Positions 8,368 to 17,765 are shown, counted from the stretch's first letter. The stretch is 64,000 nucleotides of DNA from Verrucomicrobiota bacterium (GCA_038209745.1 JBBQXJ010000012.1:1-64000), one strand, 5' to 3'. Numbers and translations: made by a program. The notes: a model not told the origin generated them from the letters alone.

Positions 8368-9885
8368 ATGCCCGAACAAATCTATCTTGGAATCGACCTC
8401 GGCGCCGAAAGCGGCCGCGTCATGGCCGGCCTTTGGAACGGCTCCGAAATGCGGCTCGACGAGCTGCACCGTTTTCCCAACGTCACCGTCGATCTCGGCG
8501 GCTCGCTCCGCTGGGACCTGCTTCGTCTGTGGAGCGACATCCAGCACGGACTCGCCCTCGCCGCCCGTCGCTACGGCAACGCCATCATCTCCATCGGCGT
8601 CGACACCTGGGCCCTCGACTACGTGCTCCTGTCCAAGTCCGGCGAAATGCTCGGCCAGCCCCACTGCTACCGCGACCACCGGACCCAGGGCGTGATGGAG
8701 GAGGTGCTGCGCTCGGTCGGCCGCGAAGAAGTCTTTGCCCAGAGCGGCCTCCAGTTCCTCCCCTTCAACACGCTCTACCAGCTCGTCGCCCATCAGCGCC
8801 AGAGCCCGGAAACGCTCGCCGCCGCCGAGACGCTCCTGATGATTCCCGACTTCATCAATTGGTGCCTGTCCGGCGCCAAGACGGTCGAGTTCACCAACGC
8901 CACGACGACCCAGTTCTTTCACCCGACCAAGCGCGACTGGTCGCTCGATCTGCTCCATCGCCTCGGACTTCCCACGAAGATCTTCCCGGAGATCATCCTG
9001 CCCGGCTCCATCGTCGGCAGCCTGCGCCAGAGCGTCATCGACCGCACCGGATTGCGTCGCTTGCCGATCATCGCCCCGGCCACGCACGACACCGGTTCCG
9101 CCGTCGCCGCCGTGCCCACGCTGAACACCGGCCGGACGAACTGGGCCTACATCAGCTCCGGCACCTGGTCGCTCATGGGCGTCGAGACCCCATCGGCCGT
9201 CCTCGGTCCCAAGGCGCTCGAGTTCAATGTCACCAACGAAGGCGGCGTCGACGGTACCTATCGGGTGTTGAAGAACATCATGGGCCTCTGGCTCGTGCAG
9301 CGGTGCAAACACTCCTTCGACGCGCGCGGCCTGACCCACGACTACGGCCAGCTCGTCACCTTGGCCGAACAGGCCCAGCCCCTCCGGTCGTTGATCGACC
9401 CCGACGACCGCCGCTTCCTCAGTCCGGCCGACATGCCGAATGCCATCCAGGAATTCTGCCGCGAAACCGGCCAGCCCGTTCCCACGACGGAAGGCCAGCT
9501 CGTCCGCTGCTGCCTCGAAAGCCTCGCGCTGAAATACGCCGTGGTGCTCGACCAGTTGGAACAGCTCACCGGCGAACGCGCCGAGGTCATCCACATCGTG
9601 GGCGGAGGTTCGCGCAACATCCTGCTGAATCTCCTCGCCGCGAACGCCTGCCAGCGCCCCGTTCTCGCCGGCCCGGTCGAGGCCACCGTCCTGGGCAACC
9701 TGCTCGTCCAGGCCCGTGCCGCCGGCGAAGTCGCGTCCCTCGCCGAGATCCGTGAATCGATCTACCACTCCGTCGTCCCGGCGTCGTCCGAGCCCGTGCC
9801 GGCGGAGACCGCGATGTGGCAGCAGGCCCGGCAACGCTTCGCGAAGTTGCTTCAGCCCGCCGGCCCCGACAAAGTCTTCGCGTGA
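8368..9885 (+). CDS. rhaB: Rhamnulokinase (FGGY family)
   Basis: [48 protein letters not shown]. Confidence 0.92.
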   Translation: MPEQIYLGIDLGAESGRVMAGLWNGSEMRLDELHRFPNVTVDLGGSLRWDLLRLWSDIQHGLALAARRYGNAIISIGVDTWALDYVLLSKSGEMLGQPHCYRDHRTQGVMEEVLRSVGREEVFAQSGLQFLPFNTLYQLVAHQRQSPETLAAAETLLMIPDFINWCLSGAKTVEFTNATTTQFFHPTKRDWSLDLLHRLGLPTKIFPEIILPGSIVGSLRQSVIDRTGLRRLPIIAPATHDTGSAVAAVPTLNTGRTNWAYISSGTWSLMGVETPSAVLGPKALEFNVTNEGGVDGTYRVLKNIMGLWLVQRCKHSFDARGLTHDYGQLVTLAEQAQPLRSLIDPDDRRFLSPADMPNAIQEFCRETGQPVPTTEGQLVRCCLESLALKYAVVLDQLEQLTGERAEVIHIVGGGSRNILLNLLAANACQRPVLAGPVEATVLGNLLVQARAAGEVASLAEIRESIYHSVVPASSEPVPAETAMWQQARQRFAKLLQPAGPDKVFA

Positions 9886-10199
9886 TCCGCAAAGCCTTTG
9901 TCATGTCCGTCCATCCCGGCCAAGAAGCCGAGTATGGGCGGCGTCACAATCCCGTCTGGCCCGAGCTGGAAGCCGTCCTGAAGGATCACGGCGTGGCCCA
10001 CTACTCCATCTTCCTCCACGCCGAAACCCGCCAGCTCTTCGCCTACGCCGAGATCGAGGACGAAGCCCGTTGGGCCGCCATCGCCCAGACCGGAGTTTGC
10101 CGCAAATGGTGGCACCACATGGCCGACCTGATGCCGGCCCATCCGGACAACAGCCCGGTTTCGGTTGAATTGCAGGAAGTCTTCCACATCGAGAAATGA
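9882..10199 (+). CDS. rhaM: L-rhamnose mutarotase
   Basis: GTG start overlapping the rhaB stop; [35 protein letters not shown]. Confidence 0.92.
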   Translation: MIRKAFVMSVHPGQEAEYGRRHNPVWPELEAVLKDHGVAHYSIFLHAETRQLFAYAEIEDEARWAAIAQTGVCRKWWHHMADLMPAHPDNSPVSVELQEVFHIEK

Positions 10200-10211
10200 G
10201 CCACCGTCTTC

Positions 10212-10426
10212 AATCCCGAGGAGATTGTGTCCCTCAGCCCAAGGTTGCCGCGCAGCGGCTACTCTGGGTCACGATTGGAAACGACCATCAACCCCAACCG
10301 GGTTGCGTCTTTGGTCGGTCGCCAATGGACACAACCCCTTCAAGGTTGGCTCAATCGTGGACCCCGATTCCCGGGGTAGCTCGTGCCTCGCAACCCTGGG
10401 CTAAGTGCGGGGGTCCCGTCGGGATT
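10212..10426. repeat. Inverted REP doublet (REPIN/BIME-like)
   Basis: AATCCC..AGCCCAAGGTTG..GCTACTCTGGG..CAACCCC mirrored by ..GGTTG..CCCGGGGTAGC..CAACCCTGGGCT..GGGATT. Confidence 0.7.
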
Positions 10427-10554
10427 CACCGGAAGGACGAAATTCTCCACGCCGTGTCGGCGGGCCTCTTTGCGCCTCTTGTGCTTCTTTGCGGCCATCG
10501 CCTTCCCCCTTTCTCCCCCGCTCCCCTGCACCCCGTGCTCCGCCCAATCACCCC

Positions 10555-11274
10555 ATGATCGTCTCCCTCTTCATCCCGTGCTTCGTCGACCTGATGTATC
10601 CCAAGGTGGGCATCAGCATCGTCGAAATCCTCGAACGTCTCGGCCACCGCATCGACTACCCGGAAGACCTCACCTGCTGCGGGCAGCCCGCCTTCAACTC
10701 CGGCTTTTGGGACGAAGCCCGCCAGGTCGCCCTGCCCGTCCTGCAACGACTGAAGAACTCCGAGGCCGTCGTCATCGCCTCCGGTTCCTGCGGCGCCATG
10801 CTCAAGGTCTTCTACCCGGAACTCTTCGCCGGCACCCCGCACGCCGCCGCCGCCAAGGAACTCTCGGCCAAGTGCTACGAGTTCTCCGACTTCCTCGTCA
10901 CCAAGCTGGGCGTGACCGACCTCGGCGCCGCCTTCCCGCACAAGGTCACCATCCACGACGGTTGCCACGGCCTGCGTGAACTCGGACTGAAGAAAGGCGC
11001 CCGAGACTTGCTCGGCAAAGTGCGCGGACTCGAACTCGTCGAGATGAAGGAGGCGGAAACCTGCTGCGGTTTCGGAGGCACCTTCGCGGCCAAGTTCCCC
11101 ATGATCTCCACCGCGATGGGCGAGGTGAAATGCGCCTCGGCCTTCGACACCGGAGCCGACTACATCGTGTCGAACGACTCCAGTTGCCTGATGCAGGTCC
11201 AAGGACTGTTGAGCAAACAGGGCAACGGGCTGAAGACGATCCACTTGGCGGAGATCCTGAACTCAAGGGACTGA
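10555..11274 (+). CDS. lutA: Lactate utilization protein A (CCG-domain Fe-S protein, LutA/YkgE)
   Basis: [39 protein letters not shown]. Confidence 0.9.
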   Translation: MIVSLFIPCFVDLMYPKVGISIVEILERLGHRIDYPEDLTCCGQPAFNSGFWDEARQVALPVLQRLKNSEAVVIASGSCGAMLKVFYPELFAGTPHAAAAKELSAKCYEFSDFLVTKLGVTDLGAAFPHKVTIHDGCHGLRELGLKKGARDLLGKVRGLELVEMKEAETCCGFGGTFAAKFPMISTAMGEVKCASAFDTGADYIVSNDSSCLMQVQGLLSKQGNGLKTIHLAEILNSRD

Positions 11275-11314
11275 TGCCGGATGCCGGATTCCAGACAAGA
11301 ACAGAGAACGCGAA

Positions 11315-11770
11315 ATGAGCGCGACCAACTACAACGACGGAGCACGAGACGGCTCGGACGACGCGTTTGTGCTCAATAACGCCACGCCGGCGATGGGCTA
11401 TCGCGCTCTGCAGATTTGGCAGCTCGCAAGGGACACGACCGTGACGGTCCACCGCATGACCTTGGAAAAGCAACCCCGCTTCGAGCTGCACGAAGAAGGC
11501 AGCCAAATACGCCGCTCCGCGAAGTCAGTTCGATCCAACATCGTCGAAGGCTTTGGTCGGCGGCGTTACAAGCAGGATTTCATCGAACACCTCGTCTACG
11601 CCGAAGCCTCCTGCGACGAGATCCGCGACCATCTCGACACCTTGAACGAGACCGCTTCTCTGACCGACAAGCCATTCTACGACGGGTTGGTTCAGCAAGT
11701 GAACGAACTGGCCCGAAAGATCATCCGCTTCATCACCGCCGTGGAACAAAACCACCAGAGCCCGAAATGA
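11315..11770 (+). CDS. Four helix bundle protein (23S rRNA IVP-like family)
   Basis: [36 protein letters not shown]; bracketed by inverted GATGCCG heptamer repeats. Confidence 0.9.
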   Translation: MSATNYNDGARDGSDDAFVLNNATPAMGYRALQIWQLARDTTVTVHRMTLEKQPRFELHEEGSQIRRSAKSVRSNIVEGFGRRRYKQDFIEHLVYAEASCDEIRDHLDTLNETASLTDKPFYDGLVQQVNELARKIIRFITAVEQNHQSPK

Positions 11771-11849
11771 TCGTCACGATTTCATCCTTCGCTTCCTTTC
11801 GCCGCCATCCGGCATCCGGAATCAGGCATCCTGGATCACCCCTTCTCCC

Positions 11850-13244
11850 ATGACCACCGAAGTCCAAGAATTCAAACAGCAGGCCACCAAGGTCGCCGCC
11901 GATCTCCGCCACCGGAAGCACATCCAGACCGCGCTCGGCAAATACGAGGTCGTCCGCGACAAGCGCAAGAACGCCTTCCAGAGCTGGAACGACGCCCGCC
12001 AGATCGCCGCCGAGACCAAGTGGGAGGCCATCAACCACCTCGACGAACACCTCGTCTCCTTCGCCGACAAGCTGGAGGCCCGCGGCACCCATGTCCATTG
12101 GGCCACCACCGCCACCCAGGCCCGCAACATCATCCTCGGCCTCATCCAGGCGAAGGGCGCCAAATCCATCATCAAGTCCAAGGCCATGACCGCCGAGGAG
12201 ATCCACCTCAACCCCGCGCTGGAGAAGGCCGGCTTCGAGGTCGTTGAATCCGATCTCGGCGAATACATCGTCCAGCTCCGCAACGAGCCGCCCTACCACA
12301 TCGTCTTCCCGGCGATGCACCTCGACCGGCACCAGATCAGCGAGCTCTTTGAGAAGCACCTCGGCAGCGCGAAGACCGACAGTCCCGAGGAACTCACCAT
12401 GATCGCCCGGCGCGCCCTCCGGGAAAAATACATCACCGCCGACGTCGGCATCACCGGGGCCAACTTCGCCATCGCCGAGACCGGCATGGTTTCCATCACG
12501 GAAAACGAGGGCAACGCCCGCCTCACCGCCGCGCTGCCCAGGACCATGATCACTCTGCTCGGCATCGAGAAGGTGCTCCCGCGCATGGCCGATCTCGCGC
12601 TTTTCCTGCCCATGCTCGCCACCGCCGGCGCCGGCCAGCAGATCACCGGCTACAACACCATGTATTCCGGCCCGCGCCAGCCCGGCGAAGCCGACGGACC
12701 CGAGGAATACCACGTCGTCCTCATCGACAACCACCGCACCGAGCTCCTGGCCGATCCCGAACAGCGCGACACCCTCCACTGCATCCGTTGCGGCGCCTGC
12801 CTGAACGTCTGCCCCATCTTCAAGAACGTCGGCGGCCACACCTACGGCACCACCTACAGCGGCCCCATCGGCTCCGTCATCACCCCGCACCTGCGCGGGT
12901 TGCAGAACTGGAAACACCTCTCCTTCTCCTCCTCCCTCTGCGGCGCCTGCACCGAAGCCTGCCCGGTGAAGATCAACCTCCACCACCACCTCCTGCACAA
13001 CCGCCGCAACTCGGTGAAACAGGAACCCGACCCGCAGGAACGCGTCGCCTTCAAGCTCTTCGCCTGGGGCATGAACAGCCCCGGTGTCTATGCCGCCGGC
13101 AAGAGCGTCGCCCGCTGGCTCGCCCCGCTGCACAAGCTGGTCATGGGAACCTTCCTCGACCCCGCCAAATCCTGGACCAAGACCCGCGACCTCCCGCCCA
13201 TCGCCGAGACGACCTTCAAGGAATATTGGAAGAACCGGCAGTGA
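11850..13244 (+). CDS. lutB: Lactate utilization protein B (LutB/YkgF)
   Basis: KSKAMTAEEI, ESDLGEYIVQL, ENEGN, CIRCGACLNVCP, SSLCGACTEACPVKI. Confidence 0.92.
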   Translation: MTTEVQEFKQQATKVAADLRHRKHIQTALGKYEVVRDKRKNAFQSWNDARQIAAETKWEAINHLDEHLVSFADKLEARGTHVHWATTATQARNIILGLIQAKGAKSIIKSKAMTAEEIHLNPALEKAGFEVVESDLGEYIVQLRNEPPYHIVFPAMHLDRHQISELFEKHLGSAKTDSPEELTMIARRALREKYITADVGITGANFAIAETGMVSITENEGNARLTAALPRTMITLLGIEKVLPRMADLALFLPMLATAGAGQQITGYNTMYSGPRQPGEADGPEEYHVVLIDNHRTELLADPEQRDTLHCIRCGACLNVCPIFKNVGGHTYGTTYSGPIGSVITPHLRGLQNWKHLSFSSSLCGACTEACPVKINLHHHLLHNRRNSVKQEPDPQERVAFKLFAWGMNSPGVYAAGKSVARWLAPLHKLVMGTFLDPAKSWTKTRDLPPIAETTFKEYWKNRQ

Positions 13245-13294
13245 CCGTGGGGTAGGATTGCAGCCCAGCCGCCCAACTGATTTCTTAACCACAG

Positions 13295-13699
13295 ATGAAC
13301 ACGGATGGACACAGATCAGCCAAGCTTCGCCTGCTTGGGGATTATCGCGGCAACCCGGCTGAACTGTTCGATGGTTTTGAGCCTGATCAGCTACCGTTCA
13401 ATCCAGATGCCTTTGGAATAACCGGCTATGAAACGGTTGATTTGGTGAAGAGCGCATTGTCGGCTCCGCCTCCGGGTTCTTCCGAAAAGGAACTTCTTGA
13501 TACGATCTGTTCGTCTGTTTCACCCAGGGTCCAAGTTTGGAACAAGTCAGCCGGATGCATCGAATCGCGTTCCGGCTACTACGCATTCTCGGCTTCACAA
13601 AGCGACTCGGGACGACTCGCCATCTTGTATTCGTTCTTCGAGGTCTCACCGATGAGGTACCACGCCTACCTGCACGCCATTCTTCAGATCGATTTTTGA
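13295..13699 (+). CDS. Hypothetical protein, atypical composition; ATG lies inside the flanking repeat
   Basis: 134-codon open frame, visibly lower GC than the operon; no recognisable family. Confidence 0.45.
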   Translation: MNTDGHRSAKLRLLGDYRGNPAELFDGFEPDQLPFNPDAFGITGYETVDLVKSALSAPPPGSSEKELLDTICSSVSPRVQVWNKSAGCIESRSGYYAFSASQSDSGRLAILYSFFEVSPMRYHAYLHAILQIDF

Positions 13700-13748
13700 T
13701 GAATCGCCTGAGAGAAACGTAATCGAACTGACTTCATCTCAACCGCAC

Positions 13749-14096
13749 ATGAACACCTTCAACGAAACCTTCGGCTTCATCTTCGCCTTGTGCGCCGGAG
13801 TCATGATCTTGGCCGTCTTCTTCACGGCTCTTGGCTATCTCAAGAGAGGGGTTCGTGGTCCTGGGGTGCTGAAGATGAAGGGCTTTGTCCGGGAGGGTAA
13901 GCGGATCAACGTCCATCTGGCTGGCGGCCGCACCTTGGAAAACTTTCAGTTCGTCGGCTTCACCGAGCAGAACTCAGCCAAAGGAGTGATCCCCTATCAG
14001 TTGGCCAGCATGGCCGTCTTCGAGTGCGAAACGGGATCGAGAGCCATGGTCCGAGCCGATTCGATCCGTATGATCGAGGAAATAGACGCCACCTAA
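13749..14096 (+). CDS. Hypothetical protein with N-terminal TM helix
   Basis: 115 aa; FGFIFALCAGVMILAVFFTALGYL hydrophobic segment followed by a small soluble domain. Confidence 0.65.
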   Translation: MNTFNETFGFIFALCAGVMILAVFFTALGYLKRGVRGPGVLKMKGFVREGKRINVHLAGGRTLENFQFVGFTEQNSAKGVIPYQLASMAVFECETGSRAMVRADSIRMIEEIDAT

Positions 14097-14194
14097 TCGC
14101 TCCGCCTTGTTCCCTATCTGTGTGAATCTGTGTCCATCTGTGGTTGTCCTCTTCCCCCATGACTGAACGCGCTTCAACGCCCCAACCCAAACCA

Positions 14195-14405
14195 GCGGCA
14201 GCCATTAGCTGGAGGTCGAGGAGCGCGTTGCGCGACGACACCTCCGATTCGCCGCCCAAACATTCACGACCCCATCGGGATCGCAGCAGGCCGCCAACCT
14301 CCAATTCCGCTGGCATCCTTTCCGGATGCGTCCCGTGGCTCCGCCCGGTCCGGGCGTGTCGCTCCGCTCAACCCCCGGCCAATCGCTGTCAGCCTTCCAG
14401 GCTGA
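14195..14405. repeat. Degenerate inverted REP doublet
   Basis: GCAGCCATTAGCTGGAGGTCGAGGAGCG..CGACACCTCCG mirrored by CGGGCGTGTCGCTCCGCTCAACCCCCGGCCAATCGCTG; short palindromes GCATCCTTTCCGGATGC and CAGCCTTCCAGGCTG. Confidence 0.6.
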
Positions 14406-14555
14406 AGACAGACCGATCCTTCGTCGTTTCCCATCTGTGTGAATCTGTGTCCATCTGTGGTTTCTCCACTTCCCCGACTGAACGCGTAGCGACTCCCGCT
14501 ACCTTTCCCCGTCTGCGTCCTTCCGCATTTTCCGCGGTTAACTCCCCCTTCTCCC

Positions 14556-15263
14556 ATGACTGAACGCGAAAAAATCCTCGGCCGCATCCGCGAAGCCCTG
14601 ACCCTCTCCGCCCCGCCTCCCGGCGAACACGGACCGGACACCGACGCCCACGGCGGGCACCCGATCCAATTCGCCCCGCGTGCCGCCGCCACCCACGCCC
14701 GCGAGTGGTTGCCCAAGGCCGCGGAGACCTTCGAGGCGCAGGTCGAGCAGTTCCGCGCCTGCTCGGACGATCTCAAGACCGAGTTCATCGTCGCCGATTC
14801 GTTGGCCGACTTGCCCAAGATCCTCGGCGATCTCCGCCAACGCGAAGGCTGGAAGGGAGCCGCCGCGCACAAGGGCGAATTGACCGACGCCGCCGTCCAC
14901 GCCTTGGGCCTGCCCACGCTGACCGTCGACGGCGGCTACGACGTCCACGCGCTGGAGCGTTGCGACGTCGGCATCACCGAATGCGACGCGCTCGTGGCCC
15001 AGACCGGCACGCTCGTCGTCAACTCCCGCACCTCCGGCGGACGCGCCCTGTCCATTCTGCCGCCGCACCACCTGGTCATCGCCCGGCGCGACCAGCTCAT
15101 GGCCGATCTCCCCGCCGCCTTCGAGGCCATCCAGGCCAAATACGCGCCGGACTTTCCCAGCATGATCTCCCTCGTCACCGGCCCCAGCCGCACCGGCGAC
15201 ATCGAGCGCATCCTCGTCCTCGGCGCCCACGGCCCGAAGAAACTGACCGTCGTGCTGGTCTGA
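14556..15263 (+). CDS. lutC: Lactate utilization protein C (LUD domain, LutC/YkgG)
   Basis: VAQTGTL, GRALSILPPHH, VTGPSRTGDIERILVLGAHGP. Confidence 0.9.
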   Translation: MTEREKILGRIREALTLSAPPPGEHGPDTDAHGGHPIQFAPRAAATHAREWLPKAAETFEAQVEQFRACSDDLKTEFIVADSLADLPKILGDLRQREGWKGAAAHKGELTDAAVHALGLPTLTVDGGYDVHALERCDVGITECDALVAQTGTLVVNSRTSGGRALSILPPHHLVIARRDQLMADLPAAFEAIQAKYAPDFPSMISLVTGPSRTGDIERILVLGAHGPKKLTVVLV

Positions 15264-15270
15264 ATGGTCG

Positions 15271-15471
15271 ATCAGCCACAGCACCGTCGCGGTGAGCGTG
15301 CTCCGCGCCGATTGCGCCCAAGCCGATGCTTGGGGCGCGGCTCTCAATGTCCTCGGGGCCGATCACGGACTTGCCGCCGCGGACAAGCTTGGGCTTGCCG
15401 TCCAGTTCACCGTCGAGGATGAAGACGGGGCGCTGTGGCTGGTTCCAAGCCATTGGCGGCCCGCCCGATAA
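15271..15471 (+). pseudogene. 3' remnant of ApbE-family FAD:protein FMN transferase
   Basis: Start-less frame ISHSTVAVSVLRADCAQADAWGAALNVLGADHGLAAADKLGLAVQF..* resembles the ApbE C-terminus (SVSV..AD A(W)ATAL.VLG). Confidence 0.65.
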
Positions 15472-15506
15472 GCGAAACTTCATCCGATTCAACCGCGTCT
15501 ACCCGC

Positions 15507-17765
15507 ATGGTGCGTCTGCTCCGAACACGTCTCTGGATCGTCCCGTTGATCATCGCCGGGCTGGTGGCGGCATTTGGCTGGTGGGGCAACGGCCGGCTCC
15601 GGCAGGTCATCGTCACAGACCTGCAGGGCGACCTTTCGACGGCCATCAATGCCAACGTGACCGCGTTGGAGATCTGGACCACCAACCAGATGAAGCTGGC
15701 CACCGCGCTGGCGGATGAGCCCAGATTCCGCCAGCTCGCCGATCAAACTCTCGAGCAGTTCGCCGCGAATCCCCGGCCAAACCAGGGATCCTCCAGTGCC
15801 GAGGAGTTGGCGACGTATCTCCGTCCGAGACTGAACAAGATCGGCTATGAGATCGCCGAGCTGGTGAGCACGAACTTCTCCTTCGCCGCCAATACGATGA
15901 GCCCGCGCGGCCGGAGCCGCCGCAACTCGACGGTGCTGGACGAGCACATGGCGAAGTTCGCCGAGCTGTTCACCCACGGTGAGCCGATTCTGATCACGCC
16001 GTTCAAACCGAAACGGCCACCGGGGCCCTCTCCGTTTCAAGGACGCCGCGACGGACCGGCGCGCCCCGAAGGAGGACCCGGACGAGGCTTAGACGACCGC
16101 CCACCGTCCCGGCGGACCAATGAGCCGCCCGCCCGGATCGGCGCGGCCCTGAACCGCGCCCGCATGGGCGACCGGACGTTGATGCAGGTCGCGGCGCCGG
16201 TGCGGAACGACGACGGCGTGATCCTTGGGGCGTTGGCCCTGATCATCAATCCGGACGAGGAGTTCACCCGGATCCTGTCGGTCGCCAGGTCGGGTCGCTC
16301 GGGGGAAACGTATGCGTTCGACCAGCACGGTCTGATGATTTCACGCAGCCGTTTCGACGATACGCTCAAGCAGCTTGGGCTCATCGAAAACCGTGCCGGA
16401 GCCAGTTCCGCGCTGAATCTGCGGCTCAGCGATCCAGGCAGGGACTTCCCGACCCGGGTCGAGCCCGAGGAGACCAATTCGATCACGCGCCCCCTGATCC
16501 AACTCGTGTCCTCGGCCTTCGCGACGAACCAAGGTGTGAGCATCTCCGCAGCGCGCGACTACCGCGGAGTGCCCGTGATCGGAGCGTGGCACTGGCTGCC
16601 GCACCTGGGCTTCGGCGTGATCACGCAGATCGACGCGGAGGAGGCCTTCCGCCCGTTGAACGTCCTCAAATCGATCTTCCTGATCCTCGTTCTGCTGTTG
16701 CTGCTGTGTTCCATCGGCATGTTCGTCTTTTCCTATCTCGGCTCGATTTCCAGACGGCGTCTGACCGAGGTGGAGCTGAAGCTGAAACAGCTCGGCCAAT
16801 ACACGCTGGAGGAGAAGATCGGCGAGGGAGGCATGGGCGTCGTCTACCGCGCCCGCCATGCGCTCATGCGCCGCGACACCGCCGTGAAGCTGCTCCCGCC
16901 CGACAAGGCCCATCCCGAGGCCATCGCCCGTTTCGAGCGCGAAGTCTGCCTCACCTGCCAGCTCACCCATCCGAACACCATCCAGGTCTACGACTACGGC
17001 CACACGCCCGAAGGCGTCTTCTACTTCGCCATGGAGTATCTCAACGGCCTGAACCTCCACGATCTGGTCGATCGCTTCGGCCCGCTGCCCGAAGGCCGCG
17101 TGATCCACATCCTGACGCAGGTCTGCGCCTCCCTCGCCGAAGCCCACGCGCTCGGCCTCGTCCACCGCGACATCAAGCCGGCCAATGTCTTCCTCTGCGA
17201 CCGGGGTGGCCTGCCCGATCTCGTGAAGGTGCTGGATTTCGGCCTCGTGCGACAGTTCCTGAAAGCCGATGGCGCCGTGCCCGACGCGACCCCCGAGAGG
17301 GGCGCGGTCGGCACGCCCTCGTTCATGTCTCCGGAGGCGATCCGCGATCCCAACCGCAGCGATCCCCGCAGCGACATCTACGCGATCGGCGCGCTCGGCT
17401 ACTTCCTCCTCACCGCCCACAACGTCTTCGAAGGCGACAATCTCGTCGACCTCTACGCCCGCCACTTGAAGGAGCGCCCAGCCCAGCCCAGCAGCCGCAC
17501 CGACAACAAGATCACGCCCGAGCTCGAACAGATCTTGCTGAAATGCCTGGAGAAAGATCCCGCTAACCGCCCGCCCCACGTCGTCCGTCTGCGCGAACAA
17601 TTTGCGACCAGCCCGGCGGCGGCCGATTGGAGCCCGGTCGCCCGCTCCAGCTGGTGGAACCAATACCATCGCGAAGCCGGCAACGAAGAGGCTTCGCGCC
17701 GCCACCCCACCCCGATCGCCGACGCCACGGTCCTGATCGATTTCGCGACCCGGATCCACGAGTGA
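15507..17765 (+). CDS. Membrane Ser/Thr protein kinase with extracytoplasmic Cache-like sensor
   Basis: Two TM helices; ETYAFD..GLMIS and DYRGVPVIGAW Cache-like motifs; IGEGGMGVVY, HRDIKPAN, DFG, GTPSFMSPE. Confidence 0.9.
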   Translation: MVRLLRTRLWIVPLIIAGLVAAFGWWGNGRLRQVIVTDLQGDLSTAINANVTALEIWTTNQMKLATALADEPRFRQLADQTLEQFAANPRPNQGSSSAEELATYLRPRLNKIGYEIAELVSTNFSFAANTMSPRGRSRRNSTVLDEHMAKFAELFTHGEPILITPFKPKRPPGPSPFQGRRDGPARPEGGPGRGLDDRPPSRRTNEPPARIGAALNRARMGDRTLMQVAAPVRNDDGVILGALALIINPDEEFTRILSVARSGRSGETYAFDQHGLMISRSRFDDTLKQLGLIENRAGASSALNLRLSDPGRDFPTRVEPEETNSITRPLIQLVSSAFATNQGVSISAARDYRGVPVIGAWHWLPHLGFGVITQIDAEEAFRPLNVLKSIFLILVLLLLLCSIGMFVFSYLGSISRRRLTEVELKLKQLGQYTLEEKIGEGGMGVVYRARHALMRRDTAVKLLPPDKAHPEAIARFEREVCLTCQLTHPNTIQVYDYGHTPEGVFYFAMEYLNGLNLHDLVDRFGPLPEGRVIHILTQVCASLAEAHALGLVHRDIKPANVFLCDRGGLPDLVKVLDFGLVRQFLKADGAVPDATPERGAVGTPSFMSPEAIRDPNRSDPRSDIYAIGALGYFLLTAHNVFEGDNLVDLYARHLKERPAQPSSRTDNKITPELEQILLKCLEKDPANRPPHVVRLREQFATSPAAADWSPVARSSWWNQYHREAGNEEASRRHPTPIADATVLIDFATRIHE

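Larger units (their letters stand above)
13287..14462. repeat. Decamer (NNACACAGAT)x3 inverted repeats: one left copy, two identical right copies
   Basis: L 13287-13316 AACCACAGATGAACACGGATGGACACAGAT; R 14116-14145 and 14433-14462 ATCTGTGTGAATCTGTGTCCATCTGTGGTT (26/30 complementary to L). Confidence 0.92.

Noticed and set aside
11315..11770. Four-helix protein as the Avd of a diversity-generating retroelement
   Set aside because: No reverse transcriptase and no TR/VR repeat pair seen in the window.
11831..11846. CTGGATCACCCCTTCT resembling the 16S rRNA 3' end
   Set aside because: Needs two gaps and overlaps the heptamer repeat arm; likely coincidence.
13287..14462. 30-bp repeats as a CRISPR array
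   Set aside because: Only two direct copies about 290 bp apart plus one inverted copy, internally tandem, with no cas genes.
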